A DNA stretch of 64,000 nt from positions 256,001 through 320,000 of the forward strand of contig OY759974.1 of NCBI GenBank assembly GCA_963662945.1. The letters are read 5' to 3'. Positions 39,407-49,022 of this stretch are shown one piece after another. The stretch's first letter is position 1; every line of letters starts with the position of its first letter. Source of the DNA: Arcobacteraceae bacterium. GTDB lineage: Bacteria; Campylobacterota; Campylobacteria; Campylobacterales; Arcobacteraceae. Below the pieces are notes generated by a model. That model was not told where the DNA came from. It saw only the letters and a program-made list of their open reading frames with translations, and made no database searches. The translations under genes and the position numbers were made by a program.

Positions 39407-39618
39407 AAAGATATTTTCTCATAATTTACATAATAGCACCCTGACATATAGAATTTAATTAAATTAGTATCAGTAATAACTGTTAAAGTTGTATATGAAA
39501 AAAAAGTTTATAACTTTATTTTTTTGTTATTTAAAAACTTATTGTTAATAAGTTAAAGGTGAGTAAATATTTACTCAACAAATATATGCACATTATTATG
39601 TGATAAAAGGAAAAAATT

Positions 39619-40287
39619 ATGAAAAAAATAATAAAAACAAAAGAAGAATTAAGAGATTTAATTTTAAGTGATGAACTTAATAATAATACATTGAATGACT
39701 ATGATTATAGTTCTATTACTGATATGAGTTTTATGTTTGCAGGTTGTAAAAATTTAACTACTATTCCAAAACTTGACACATCAAATGTAATTAATATGAG
39801 TTATATGTTTGCAAATTGTCATAGTTTAACAGAGATTCCAAAATTTGACACATCAAATGTCTCTTATATGGGTTTTATGTTTAAAGGTTGTAAAAATTTA
39901 ACTACTATCCCACAATTTGACACATCAAATGTAATTAATATGGGTTTTATGTTTTACAATTGTGAAAGTTTAACTACTATTCCAAAATTTGACACATCAA
40001 ATGTTGAATATATGAGTTATATGTTTTCAGATTGTGAAAGTTTAACAACTATCCCACAATTTGACACATCAAATGTCTTTGATATGAGTTTTATGTTTTC
40101 AGGTTGTAAAAGTTTAACAACTATCCCAAAACTTGACACATCAAATGTTGAAGATATGAGTTTTATGTTTTCAGATTGTGAAAGTTTAACTACTATCCCA
40201 CAATTTGACACATCAAATGTTGAAGATATGAGGTATATGTTTGAAGGTTGTCTTAGTTTGAAATCTATCCCACAATTTGACAATTAA
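39619..40287 (+). CDS. BspA/DUF285-type repeat protein
   Basis: ~8 tandem 23-aa repeats 'MSFMFSGCKSLTTIPKLDTSNV' (69-bp DNA period); no signal peptide. Confidence 0.9.
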   Translation: MKKIIKTKEELRDLILSDELNNNTLNDYDYSSITDMSFMFAGCKNLTTIPKLDTSNVINMSYMFANCHSLTEIPKFDTSNVSYMGFMFKGCKNLTTIPQFDTSNVINMGFMFYNCESLTTIPKFDTSNVEYMSYMFSDCESLTTIPQFDTSNVFDMSFMFSGCKSLTTIPKLDTSNVEDMSFMFSDCESLTTIPQFDTSNVEDMRYMFEGCLSLKSIPQFDN

Positions 40288-40377
40288 GGAAAAAATTTGA
40301 ATTAAAATTTGGGAAGATGAATGGTGTAGAGATATGGGTGAAAGTGAAGAATGTAATTATGGATAACAGTATTACAA

Positions 40378-40565
40378 TAATTGAGTATCTGAATAAAGTT
40401 GTTGGGATAAGCCAATCTATTCTATTATCCTTGTGAAGAGAGTATTGCCAAATACTTAAATATTATCATAGAGATATGAAATATTTTTCTGATCAAAAAA
40501 ACAAACCAAATAATCCTCAATGGTGGAAAAAATGCTTCATAGCATTTTTGTAACCTTTGGTTTGT
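40378..40565 (+). repeat. Dispersed structured module A4
   Basis: Appears identical to 12458-12645. Confidence 0.92.
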
Positions 40566-40662
40566 GATAGATAATTTAAAGATAGAAAAGGTAAATACCA
40601 TTTATATATATTAATATATATATGGTTTTTTAAAACAAATTAAAATTTAAAGGAAACAGATT

Positions 40663-41673
40663 ATGAAAAATATTAGTAAATTGATTGAAATAATCAAAAG
40701 AGAAACAGAAAGTAAAGTAAAAACAGATTATATATTTTTAGGGTATTACACTTTATATATGTATAAATTATTATTAAATATGTATAATCCTGAAATCAAA
40801 GAAAAAGATTTTTATAAATATTTTTATAGAACATTAAAACATACAGATGATAAAAATTCATTTATCATTAATAATGGTAAAAATGAAATAATTCTAAAAA
40901 ATAGTTTTAAATTAGGTGGTGCATTAGATGTATTAGCAGGTGTTGATATGATATTAGATCATTTTAAAAAAACATTAACTCAAAAGCAATATGATAAGAT
41001 AAAATATAATTGGGAATCATTAGGATTAATACAATTTAAAAAAGAACTTAAAACAAATAGAAATGGTTTAGAAAAAGTTATTAAAGCATATGATGAGATT
41101 GATCATCTTGGAATTGAAGATTTAATCAATATATATGAAAAATTAAATGTAAGTGATAGAACATATAATGATTTTTTTACTCCACCTGATATTTCTATAT
41201 TTGCTTCAAAATTAATGGTTCAAAAATATATTGACAATAATAAAAACAATAAAAAAGAAGTCAATTTTTGTGATATAGCTTGTGGTTGTGGTAGATTGTT
41301 ATATTATGGAATGATTGAATTAAAAAATAATGGTATTGATAATATAAGAATATTTGGAAATGATATTTATGAACCTGTATGTGTATTTACAAAATCAATA
41401 TTAGAATTAGTGAATTTTGGGAAAGTACATATTTTTCAAAGTGATGCACTAACATCTAAACTTCCACTTCCTAAAATGGATATACTTTTAGGTAATCCAC
41501 CTTTTGGTGGATCTTATGATAAAGATAAAATTTTAAATTTATCAAGATATAAAAAAGAAAATATGGGTATGGATATTCAATTTGAAAATATTGATTTATT
41601 AAGATTAAAAAAACTAACACCATTAAATGATATAGAATATACTGCAATTGAAAAAAATTATAGAGAAATCTAA
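40663..41673 (+). CDS. Orphan N6-adenine DNA methyltransferase-like protein
   Basis: Motifs FFTP, DIACGCG and NPPF; short after motif IV. Confidence 0.8.
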   Translation: MKNISKLIEIIKRETESKVKTDYIFLGYYTLYMYKLLLNMYNPEIKEKDFYKYFYRTLKHTDDKNSFIINNGKNEIILKNSFKLGGALDVLAGVDMILDHFKKTLTQKQYDKIKYNWESLGLIQFKKELKTNRNGLEKVIKAYDEIDHLGIEDLINIYEKLNVSDRTYNDFFTPPDISIFASKLMVQKYIDNNKNNKKEVNFCDIACGCGRLLYYGMIELKNNGIDNIRIFGNDIYEPVCVFTKSILELVNFGKVHIFQSDALTSKLPLPKMDILLGNPPFGGSYDKDKILNLSRYKKENMGMDIQFENIDLLRLKKLTPLNDIEYTAIEKNYREI

Positions 41674-41773
41674 CTTTTGAGTAAGTTATATATTTTTGAT
41701 CAGAAAAATATATAACAAAAAATGAAGTAAAGACTTCAAGACACATATTATTAATATAAAAAAGGATATTAAG

Positions 41774-41887
41774 ATGATATTTAAGGGTAAAGATAACTTA
41801 GAGCTATTAAAAGTTCTAAAAGTAAAGAATTTGACACAAAAAAAGTTTATGGACTTTTTAAAAAAGTTTAATAAAAATAAACAATAA
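41774..41887 (+). CDS. 37-aa basic small protein (not in ORF track)
   Basis: TATAAC at 41711, hairpin, AAAGGA RBS and terminator at 41891; MIFKGKDNLELLKVLKVKNLTQKKFMDFLKKFNKNKQ. Confidence 0.6.
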   Translation: MIFKGKDNLELLKVLKVKNLTQKKFMDFLKKFNKNKQ

Positions 41888-41954
41888 TATAACCTCTCTT
41901 TTTGAGAGGTTTTTTTTTGCCTAAAATTTAATTGTTTTTTGATAAAATAAAGTT

Positions 41955-42545
41955 ATGACTAAACAAGAAACAACAAAAATTAATTCAATTATTCAAAATT
42001 TATTAGAAATTAGAAAAGACAGCTTTGTTCATCATATTCACCAAATTAATGATGTTAAGTTTCAAACTGAAATGAATATGTTACCTGAAGATCATCCCAT
42101 ACATCAACACCATAATGAAATTAATCAATTTTATAATGATTTAGGAATAGATCAAAATGAGATCAACAATATGACAGATGAAGAATTTGATGAAGCTTAT
42201 GATAGTCAATTTTATGAATATCAACATACATATTCTAATATTTGGGAAGAATTTCATTCAAGATTTGATAAAACACTTGTTGAATTAAATGCTCTTTTAG
42301 AGACTAATGATCAGTTGGATGAAGTATTAGAAATTGAAAAGAAAATGCAAGAAATAAAATCAAAAAAATTTATTACTACATCACAATTTGAATTACTTTA
42401 TGGATATGGTACTGATTGGCAAAAGAATAAAAGATCAAAAACAAAAGAATCTTTACCTTATATTCAAGAATATTCAGGTGCAACTATTAGATATGATGTT
42501 AAAGAAGTTGAAAATTGGTTTGATCAAATGGGTATTAGAAGGTAA
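41955..42545 (+). CDS. Protein with C-terminal excisionase/AlpA-like winged HTH
   Basis: 'KFITTSQF..LYG......R.....LPYIQ...TIRYDVKEVENWF'. Confidence 0.65.
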   Translation: MTKQETTKINSIIQNLLEIRKDSFVHHIHQINDVKFQTEMNMLPEDHPIHQHHNEINQFYNDLGIDQNEINNMTDEEFDEAYDSQFYEYQHTYSNIWEEFHSRFDKTLVELNALLETNDQLDEVLEIEKKMQEIKSKKFITTSQFELLYGYGTDWQKNKRSKTKESLPYIQEYSGATIRYDVKEVENWFDQMGIRR

Positions 42546-42638
42546 AATTAGGGTTACTGATTTATAACTACTGAACTACATAGATTTATTTTAATTTAGA
42601 TAGAATAGTAACTATTTATAAAAATAGGTATTATTAAA

Positions 42639-45335
42639 ATGAGTGAAGCAAAGACAAGAGCAGATTTAATTGATGTTGAATTAAATAAATGTGGTTGGAA
42701 TGTCAATGATAATTTAAAAGTAATTCAAGAATATGAGATTGAATTAGATGATACTCTACCATCATTTTTTGATAGAACTAAAAGATATGTAGATTATGCA
42801 CTTTTAAACAAAACAGGACAAATTATTGCTATTGTTGAAGCTAAAAGAGAGAGTAAGTCTGTAAGTAGTGCAAAAACACAAGCAGAATACTATGCAAGAA
42901 GAATTAAAAACTATCAAGGTTTTGCTCCATTTATCTATATAACAAATGGATTAGAAATAGAATTTTGGGATAGTGAAAATTATCCTATTAGAAAAGTTCT
43001 ATCTTACCACTCATTAGAAGATTTAGAAACTTATAGAAAAAGAAATGATAATAATATAATTTTATCTCCTGAACTTTTAAACAAAGATATTGCAGGTAGA
43101 GCTTATCAAATTGAAGCTATCACAAGAACAACAGAAAATCTAAATGAAAAAAATAGAGAAATCTTGTGGGTTATGGCAACAGGAACTGGGAAAACAAGGA
43201 CTATCATATCTCTTGTAGATATTCTTTTAAAAACAGGATTTGTAAAAAGAGTTTTATTTTTAGCAGATAGAAGAGAATTAGCAAGACAAGCTATGGATAA
43301 CTTCAAAGAACACCTACCAAACCAATCAAGACAAAGAATAGAAACAGAAACTTTTGAAAAAGACAAAAGATTATATGTATCTACTTATCAAACTATGATG
43401 TCATTACTTAAAAAAGTTGATATAAGTCAGGGGTTTTTTGATCTAATAATTGCAGATGAAAGTCATAGAAGTATTTATAACTATTATGGACAATTATTTT
43501 TAAAATTTGATAGTTTAAAAATAGGTTTAACTGCTACTCCTGTTGATTTTATTGATAGAGATACTTTTAAATTCTTTGGAACTGATAAAGGTAATCCAAC
43601 TTTTGCATATACTTATGAACAAGCTATAAAAGATAAATACCTTTGCCCTTATGAGGTTATGAATATTCAAACAAAGTTCCAAGAAAAAGGTATTAAATTT
43701 GATTTATTATCAAAAGAGGAACAAGAAAAACTAAAAAATAGTGGTTATGTTGAAGATGATATAGACTTTGAGGGAAGTAGTATAGAAAAAATGGTTATCA
43801 ATGATGATACAAATAGAAAAATACTTACTACTTTTATGGAAAATTGTTATAGACACCCTATTTCAAATCTTCCTGCTAAAACTATACTTTTTGCTGTTAG
43901 TAAAAAACATGCTTACAGATTAGAACAACTTTTTAATGAATTATATCCACAATATCACTCAAAAGTAGCAAAAGTAATAGTATCAGAGTTAAATAATACA
44001 GAGGAACTGATAAAAGAGTTTAGAGATGTTGATAGTGGTTTTAATATAGCTATTTCTGTTGATATGTTAGATACAGGTATAGATGTTCCAAGTATTATGA
44101 ATCTTGTATTTGCTAAACCTGTATTTAGTAGGGCTAAATTTTGGCAAATGATAGGAAGAGGTACAAGACTATACAATGAAGTATTTAATAAAGAAAAGTT
44201 TGTAATCTTTGATTTTTGGGGTAATTTTCAATACTTCAATGAAACCCCTGAGGGATTTGAACCAAAAGAACAAATATCTTTAAATAGAAAAATATTTAAT
44301 GAAAATATTCAACTGCTTAAAAGTTTAAAGGATGAAGAGTTTGAATATGTCAAAGAAGAGATAAAATCACAAATTGAAGCACTACCAAAAGATGATTATT
44401 TTATCAAATCAAAGGCTACCCTACTTTCAAATATCAATGAAGATTTTTACAATAATATAAAATCAAATATTCTATCACTTGGAAATATATCTGAATTAGT
44501 TGATAGAATTGAAGTCAAAGAACCACAAGAACTTCAATTTAGAGTTAAAGTTAAAAAACTTCAAAATGTAAAAATAAAAAAAGATACTAAACTTATTGAA
44601 AAGTATATCAATAGTATTTTGATAGATATTGAAAAAGTTAGAGTAAATAAAACCCTATCAATAGTAAAAAAACATATAGAACTACTTAATAAGTGTTCAG
44701 ATGGAAAATATTGGGCTAATATTGATTTTAATACTACAAATGAAATAACAGATATTTTAGCACCACTTATGAAATACAAATCAAAAAATGATATTCAAGT
44801 AGCTCATTTTGATTTAGAAGATAGTATATCTTCTATTACAGATATTGAGATAAACCACCCATCTGTAAATATACAAGAGTATGAAGATAATATTTTAAAA
44901 ACTCTTCAATCTATTATAAATCAATCTCAAACTTTGCAAAAATTGTTTATAGGTGCTCCACTAAATGATGAAGATATAGAAAGTTTAAAAAATGATTTAT
45001 TAGAGCAAGGATTAGATAGTGAAAAACTATGTAAAATCTTTGATTGTAAATCAAATGATATGATTGAGATACTTTCAAACATAATTAATAAAAAAGAGTA
45101 TAAACTACCATTCTTACTTGATAAGTTTATAGAAACACATACACTAAACTCAAATCAAATAGAATTTATCAAAGCAATCAAACATTATGTTTTAGAGAAA
45201 AAAGATATTGAAAGAAAAGATTTAATGGAAAATCCATTTACCAAGTTTCATAAAATGGGAATAATGGGTATGTTTAAAGGTAGTCAAATGAATGAGTTAG
45301 TTGAGATAATAGATAATAAGGATGTAGCTGTATGA
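42639..45335 (+). CDS. hsdR: Type I restriction subunit R
   Basis: VDYAL..IVEAK nuclease motif, MATGTGKT, DESHRS, LTATP and QMIGRGTR. Confidence 0.95.
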   Translation: MSEAKTRADLIDVELNKCGWNVNDNLKVIQEYEIELDDTLPSFFDRTKRYVDYALLNKTGQIIAIVEAKRESKSVSSAKTQAEYYARRIKNYQGFAPFIYITNGLEIEFWDSENYPIRKVLSYHSLEDLETYRKRNDNNIILSPELLNKDIAGRAYQIEAITRTTENLNEKNREILWVMATGTGKTRTIISLVDILLKTGFVKRVLFLADRRELARQAMDNFKEHLPNQSRQRIETETFEKDKRLYVSTYQTMMSLLKKVDISQGFFDLIIADESHRSIYNYYGQLFLKFDSLKIGLTATPVDFIDRDTFKFFGTDKGNPTFAYTYEQAIKDKYLCPYEVMNIQTKFQEKGIKFDLLSKEEQEKLKNSGYVEDDIDFEGSSIEKMVINDDTNRKILTTFMENCYRHPISNLPAKTILFAVSKKHAYRLEQLFNELYPQYHSKVAKVIVSELNNTEELIKEFRDVDSGFNIAISVDMLDTGIDVPSIMNLVFAKPVFSRAKFWQMIGRGTRLYNEVFNKEKFVIFDFWGNFQYFNETPEGFEPKEQISLNRKIFNENIQLLKSLKDEEFEYVKEEIKSQIEALPKDDYFIKSKATLLSNINEDFYNNIKSNILSLGNISELVDRIEVKEPQELQFRVKVKKLQNVKIKKDTKLIEKYINSILIDIEKVRVNKTLSIVKKHIELLNKCSDGKYWANIDFNTTNEITDILAPLMKYKSKNDIQVAHFDLEDSISSITDIEINHPSVNIQEYEDNILKTLQSIINQSQTLQKLFIGAPLNDEDIESLKNDLLEQGLDSEKLCKIFDCKSNDMIEILSNIINKKEYKLPFLLDKFIETHTLNSNQIEFIKAIKHYVLEKKDIERKDLMENPFTKFHKMGIMGMFKGSQMNELVEIIDNKDVAV

Positions 45336-46504
45336 TAAATAATCTTCCAAGTGGTTGGAAAGAAGAAAAAATTGGTAATATAATAAATTTAACAATTGGT
45401 AAAACTCCATCAAGAAAAAAGACTGAATATTTCACTGGTGATAATTTATGGGTATCAATTGCAGATATAAAATCAATCAATTTAACTGATACAAAAGAAA
45501 AAATTACAGAACAAGCAATCAAAGAAAGTAATATCAAAAAAGTTAAAGCAGGAACTCTTATTATGAGTTATAAATTATCAATTGGTAAAATGGCTTTTGC
45601 TTCACAAGATTTATACACAAATGAAGCAATAGCAGCTTTAAATATTGAAATTGAAGATTTAGATAAAAAGTTTTTATACTACTACTTATTAAATGCAGAT
45701 TTAGAAAAGACAACAGATAGAGCAGTAAAAGGTAAAACATTAAATAAAGCAAAAATTGAACAAATTCCTATTCAATTTCCACCACTTCAACAACAAGAAA
45801 AAATAGTAAAAGTTCTTGATACTACTTCAAATCTAATAGAAAAACAAAAAGAGCTTTTGAAAAATTATGATTTATTTTTAAAATCAAAGTTTATAGAGAT
45901 GTTTGGAGATCCAATTAAGAATCCTATGGGGTGGAAAACTAATCAAATAAAAAATGGTGTAAAGAAAGTTAAAAATGACAACCCATTAAAACAACCACAA
46001 AAAACATATATTTACATTGATATAGGTTCTTTAAATAATAAATATATTGAAAATTATAATTATATTTTAGGAGAAGATGCACCAAGTAGAGCAAAACAAA
46101 TAACATTTTTTAATGATATACTTGTATCTACTGTAAGACCAAACCTAAATAATGTGGCAATGGTAAAATCTACATATGAAACTATTTTATCTTCCACAGG
46201 TTTTTGTATTTTAAGAACAAATGAACAAATATTTAATCCATATTATTTATTTGAAGTAGTAAAACATCAAGGTTTTATACAAAGCTTGATAAATGTAGCA
46301 AAAGGTGCTTCATACCCTGCTGTAAGTAATAATGATATATTAGATTTAAAAATAACAGTTCCTCCAATAGAACTTCAAAATAAATTTGCTTCAATAGTTG
46401 AAAAAATAGAAACTATAAAAGAAAAAGAAAATCAAAAACTAAAACAGCTTGAAGATTTACATAATAGTTCAATGCAAAGAGCTTTTAAAGGGGAAATTGA
46501 ATAA
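45332..46504 (+). CDS. hsdS: Type I specificity subunit S
   Basis: Two TRDs with PPLQQQEKIV and PPIELQNKF conserved regions. Confidence 0.95.
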   Translation: MINNLPSGWKEEKIGNIINLTIGKTPSRKKTEYFTGDNLWVSIADIKSINLTDTKEKITEQAIKESNIKKVKAGTLIMSYKLSIGKMAFASQDLYTNEAIAALNIEIEDLDKKFLYYYLLNADLEKTTDRAVKGKTLNKAKIEQIPIQFPPLQQQEKIVKVLDTTSNLIEKQKELLKNYDLFLKSKFIEMFGDPIKNPMGWKTNQIKNGVKKVKNDNPLKQPQKTYIYIDIGSLNNKYIENYNYILGEDAPSRAKQITFFNDILVSTVRPNLNNVAMVKSTYETILSSTGFCILRTNEQIFNPYYLFEVVKHQGFIQSLINVAKGASYPAVSNNDILDLKITVPPIELQNKFASIVEKIETIKEKENQKLKQLEDLHNSSMQRAFKGEIE

Positions 46505-47514
46505 TGGCTATTTTTAGATTTAAAAATGATAATTTTGACAAAATAGAACAAACAAAGTTTTCAACAGAGGGAATACTTGAAACAAAAAATATTCAAAAAG
46601 CTTTAAAGAAACAGATAGATATTATATCCTCAAATCTTTTAGTTATATCAGAAGAGTTTTCAGAATGGGATGATAGTAATAGAAGAATAGATTTACTTGC
46701 TATTGATAAAGAAGCAAATATTGTAGTTATAGAACTAAAAAGAACTGAAACAGGTGATCATATGGAACTACAAGCATTAAGATATGCTTCAATGGTTTCA
46801 ACATTGACATTGAAAAGAGCAGTTGAAATATTTGAAAAGTATTTAAAGTCAATTGATAGTGATTTAAACCCACAAGAAGAGATTTTATCATTTTTGGGTT
46901 GGAGTGAAGAAGAGAGTAAAGATGAGTTTGCTAATGATGTAAAAATTATACTTGTTTCAAGTAATTTCTCAAAAGAACTTACAACTTCTGTAATGTGGTT
47001 AAATGAAAGAAAAATAGATATCAAATGTTTTAGACTTATACCATACAAAATGGATAATGAAGTTTTAATTGATGTTCAACAAATAATCCCTTTACCTGAA
47101 GCAGAAAGTTATCAAATAAAAATAAGAGAACAAAAAGAAGAAAAAAGAGAAGCAAGAACTGGAATAAGAGATTATTCAAGATACTCTTTTAATGGTGAAA
47201 ATGGATTATCAAAAAGAGGTATTGTTTTAACTATTTGGAAACAATATTTAAAAGATAACCAAAATTTAACTATCTCTAAACTTCAAAATGATTTTCCAAG
47301 AGATATAAAAGGTAATTTATTTGTTTTAAAACAACAAGCATTAGAACAACAAGAAAGAGATAGTAATAATCTAACAAGATACTTCCTTGAAAATGAAGCA
47401 GTTGCAATTATTAATAACAGTGAATATGTAATCTCTAATCAATGGGGAAAAGGTAATATAGAAAAGTTTGTTAGTTATGCAAAAAAATTAGGTTATGAAA
47501 TAAATGAGGAATAA
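46504..47514 (+). CDS. NucS-like PD-(D/E)XK nuclease inside the hsd operon
   Basis: 'EEFSEW...RRIDLLAID....VVIELKR' and 'QALRYA'. Confidence 0.75.
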   Translation: MAIFRFKNDNFDKIEQTKFSTEGILETKNIQKALKKQIDIISSNLLVISEEFSEWDDSNRRIDLLAIDKEANIVVIELKRTETGDHMELQALRYASMVSTLTLKRAVEIFEKYLKSIDSDLNPQEEILSFLGWSEEESKDEFANDVKIILVSSNFSKELTTSVMWLNERKIDIKCFRLIPYKMDNEVLIDVQQIIPLPEAESYQIKIREQKEEKREARTGIRDYSRYSFNGENGLSKRGIVLTIWKQYLKDNQNLTISKLQNDFPRDIKGNLFVLKQQALEQQERDSNNLTRYFLENEAVAIINNSEYVISNQWGKGNIEKFVSYAKKLGYEINEE

Positions 47515-47517
47515 TAA

Positions 47518-48990
47518 ATGTTTGTAAGAAGTGAAGTAAAAAGTAAAATAGATAGTATTTGGAATAAATTTTGGAGTGGTGGGATTGCTAATCCACTTGA
47601 TGCTATACAGCAAATAACAGCTTTAATATTTTTGAAGCTTTTAAATGAAAATGATAATAAAAGTATTCTTCAATCTTCATTTACAGGTGAAGAATATAAT
47701 TCTATTTTTGAAAATGATAAAATGGCTAAATGGGATAACTTTAAAGAGCTTGATAGTGTTAGTATGCTTGAAACTATAAGAGATATTGGATTTCCTTTTA
47801 TCAAAAAATACAATGAGGGAAGTGAGTTTAATAAATCATTAAAAGATATGGCTTTTATTATCACTAAACCATCTTTATTAAGTGAAACTGTTGAGGGTAT
47901 TGATCAGATATTTAATATCCTTGAAGAAGATGAAGAGGGATTTATGGATAGTCTTGGGGATATGTATGAATATCTTTTAAGTGAAATTAGTTCCAGTGGT
48001 AAAAATGGACAATTTAGAACACCAAGACATATTATTCAAATGATGACTGAACTAACAAATCCACAAATTGGAGAAAAAGTTTTTGATCCATCTTGTGGTA
48101 CAGCAGGATTTTTAGTAAGTGCTTATACTCATATGTTAAAGCCATATACTGATAAAGATGGAAAATTAGGGGCAAATCTAACAGATCAAAAACTATGGAA
48201 TAAACTATCAAATGAAACTTTCTATGGAAATGATAGTGATATAAGTATGATCAGAATATCTATGATGAATATGATGTTACATGATATAAGTAATCCACAT
48301 ATAAAACAAACAGATACACTTTCAAAAGGTTATAATGAAAAAGATATGTATCAAGTGGTTTTAGCCAATCCACCATTTAAAGGAAGTATTGATAAAGAAG
48401 ACCAAAATGAGAACTTCTCTATCACTTCAACAAAAACAGAACTTTTATTTTTAGACTTGATTGAAAGAGTATTAGATATTGGTGGTAGATGTGCAGTTAT
48501 TATCCCTGATGGTGTTTTATTTGGTAGTTCAAATGCTCATAAAACACTTAGAAAGAATCTATTAGAGAAGAATGAATTAAAAGCTGTTATATCTATGCCA
48601 AGTGGGGTATTTAAGCCTTATGCAGGGGTTTCTACTGCTGTTTTAGTTTTTGTAAAAGGTGGAACTACTGATAAAGTATGGTTCTATGATATGGAAGCTG
48701 ATGGATATAGCTTAGATGATAAAAGAAATAAAATTGAAAAAAATGATATACCTGAAATCATAGAGCAATATAATAAAAAAGATAGTGATAGTTATAAAGA
48801 AACTAAAAAACACTTCTTCATAGATATAAAAGATATAAAAGAAAATGATTATGATTTATCAATAAATAGATATAAAAATATTGAATATGAAGAGATTGAA
48901 TATCTGCCTACAAATGAAATTTTGGGGGAGATTGAAAATCTATCTAATGCTATAAATGATGATTTAAGTGAATTAAAAAATCTCTTATAG
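47518..48990 (+). CDS. hsdM: Type I methyltransferase subunit M
   Basis: Motifs GQFRTPRHI, DPSCGTAGF and NPPF. Confidence 0.96.
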   Translation: MFVRSEVKSKIDSIWNKFWSGGIANPLDAIQQITALIFLKLLNENDNKSILQSSFTGEEYNSIFENDKMAKWDNFKELDSVSMLETIRDIGFPFIKKYNEGSEFNKSLKDMAFIITKPSLLSETVEGIDQIFNILEEDEEGFMDSLGDMYEYLLSEISSSGKNGQFRTPRHIIQMMTELTNPQIGEKVFDPSCGTAGFLVSAYTHMLKPYTDKDGKLGANLTDQKLWNKLSNETFYGNDSDISMIRISMMNMMLHDISNPHIKQTDTLSKGYNEKDMYQVVLANPPFKGSIDKEDQNENFSITSTKTELLFLDLIERVLDIGGRCAVIIPDGVLFGSSNAHKTLRKNLLEKNELKAVISMPSGVFKPYAGVSTAVLVFVKGGTTDKVWFYDMEADGYSLDDKRNKIEKNDIPEIIEQYNKKDSDSYKETKKHFFIDIKDIKENDYDLSINRYKNIEYEEIEYLPTNEILGEIENLSNAINDDLSELKNLL

Positions 48991-49022
48991 AATCTATAAC
49001 CTTTTTATAGAATGGAAATAAA

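Noticed and set aside
39619-40287. CRISPR or DGR-like repeats
   Set aside because: The 69-bp period is in-frame coding repeat (23 aa), and no reverse transcriptase is present in the window.
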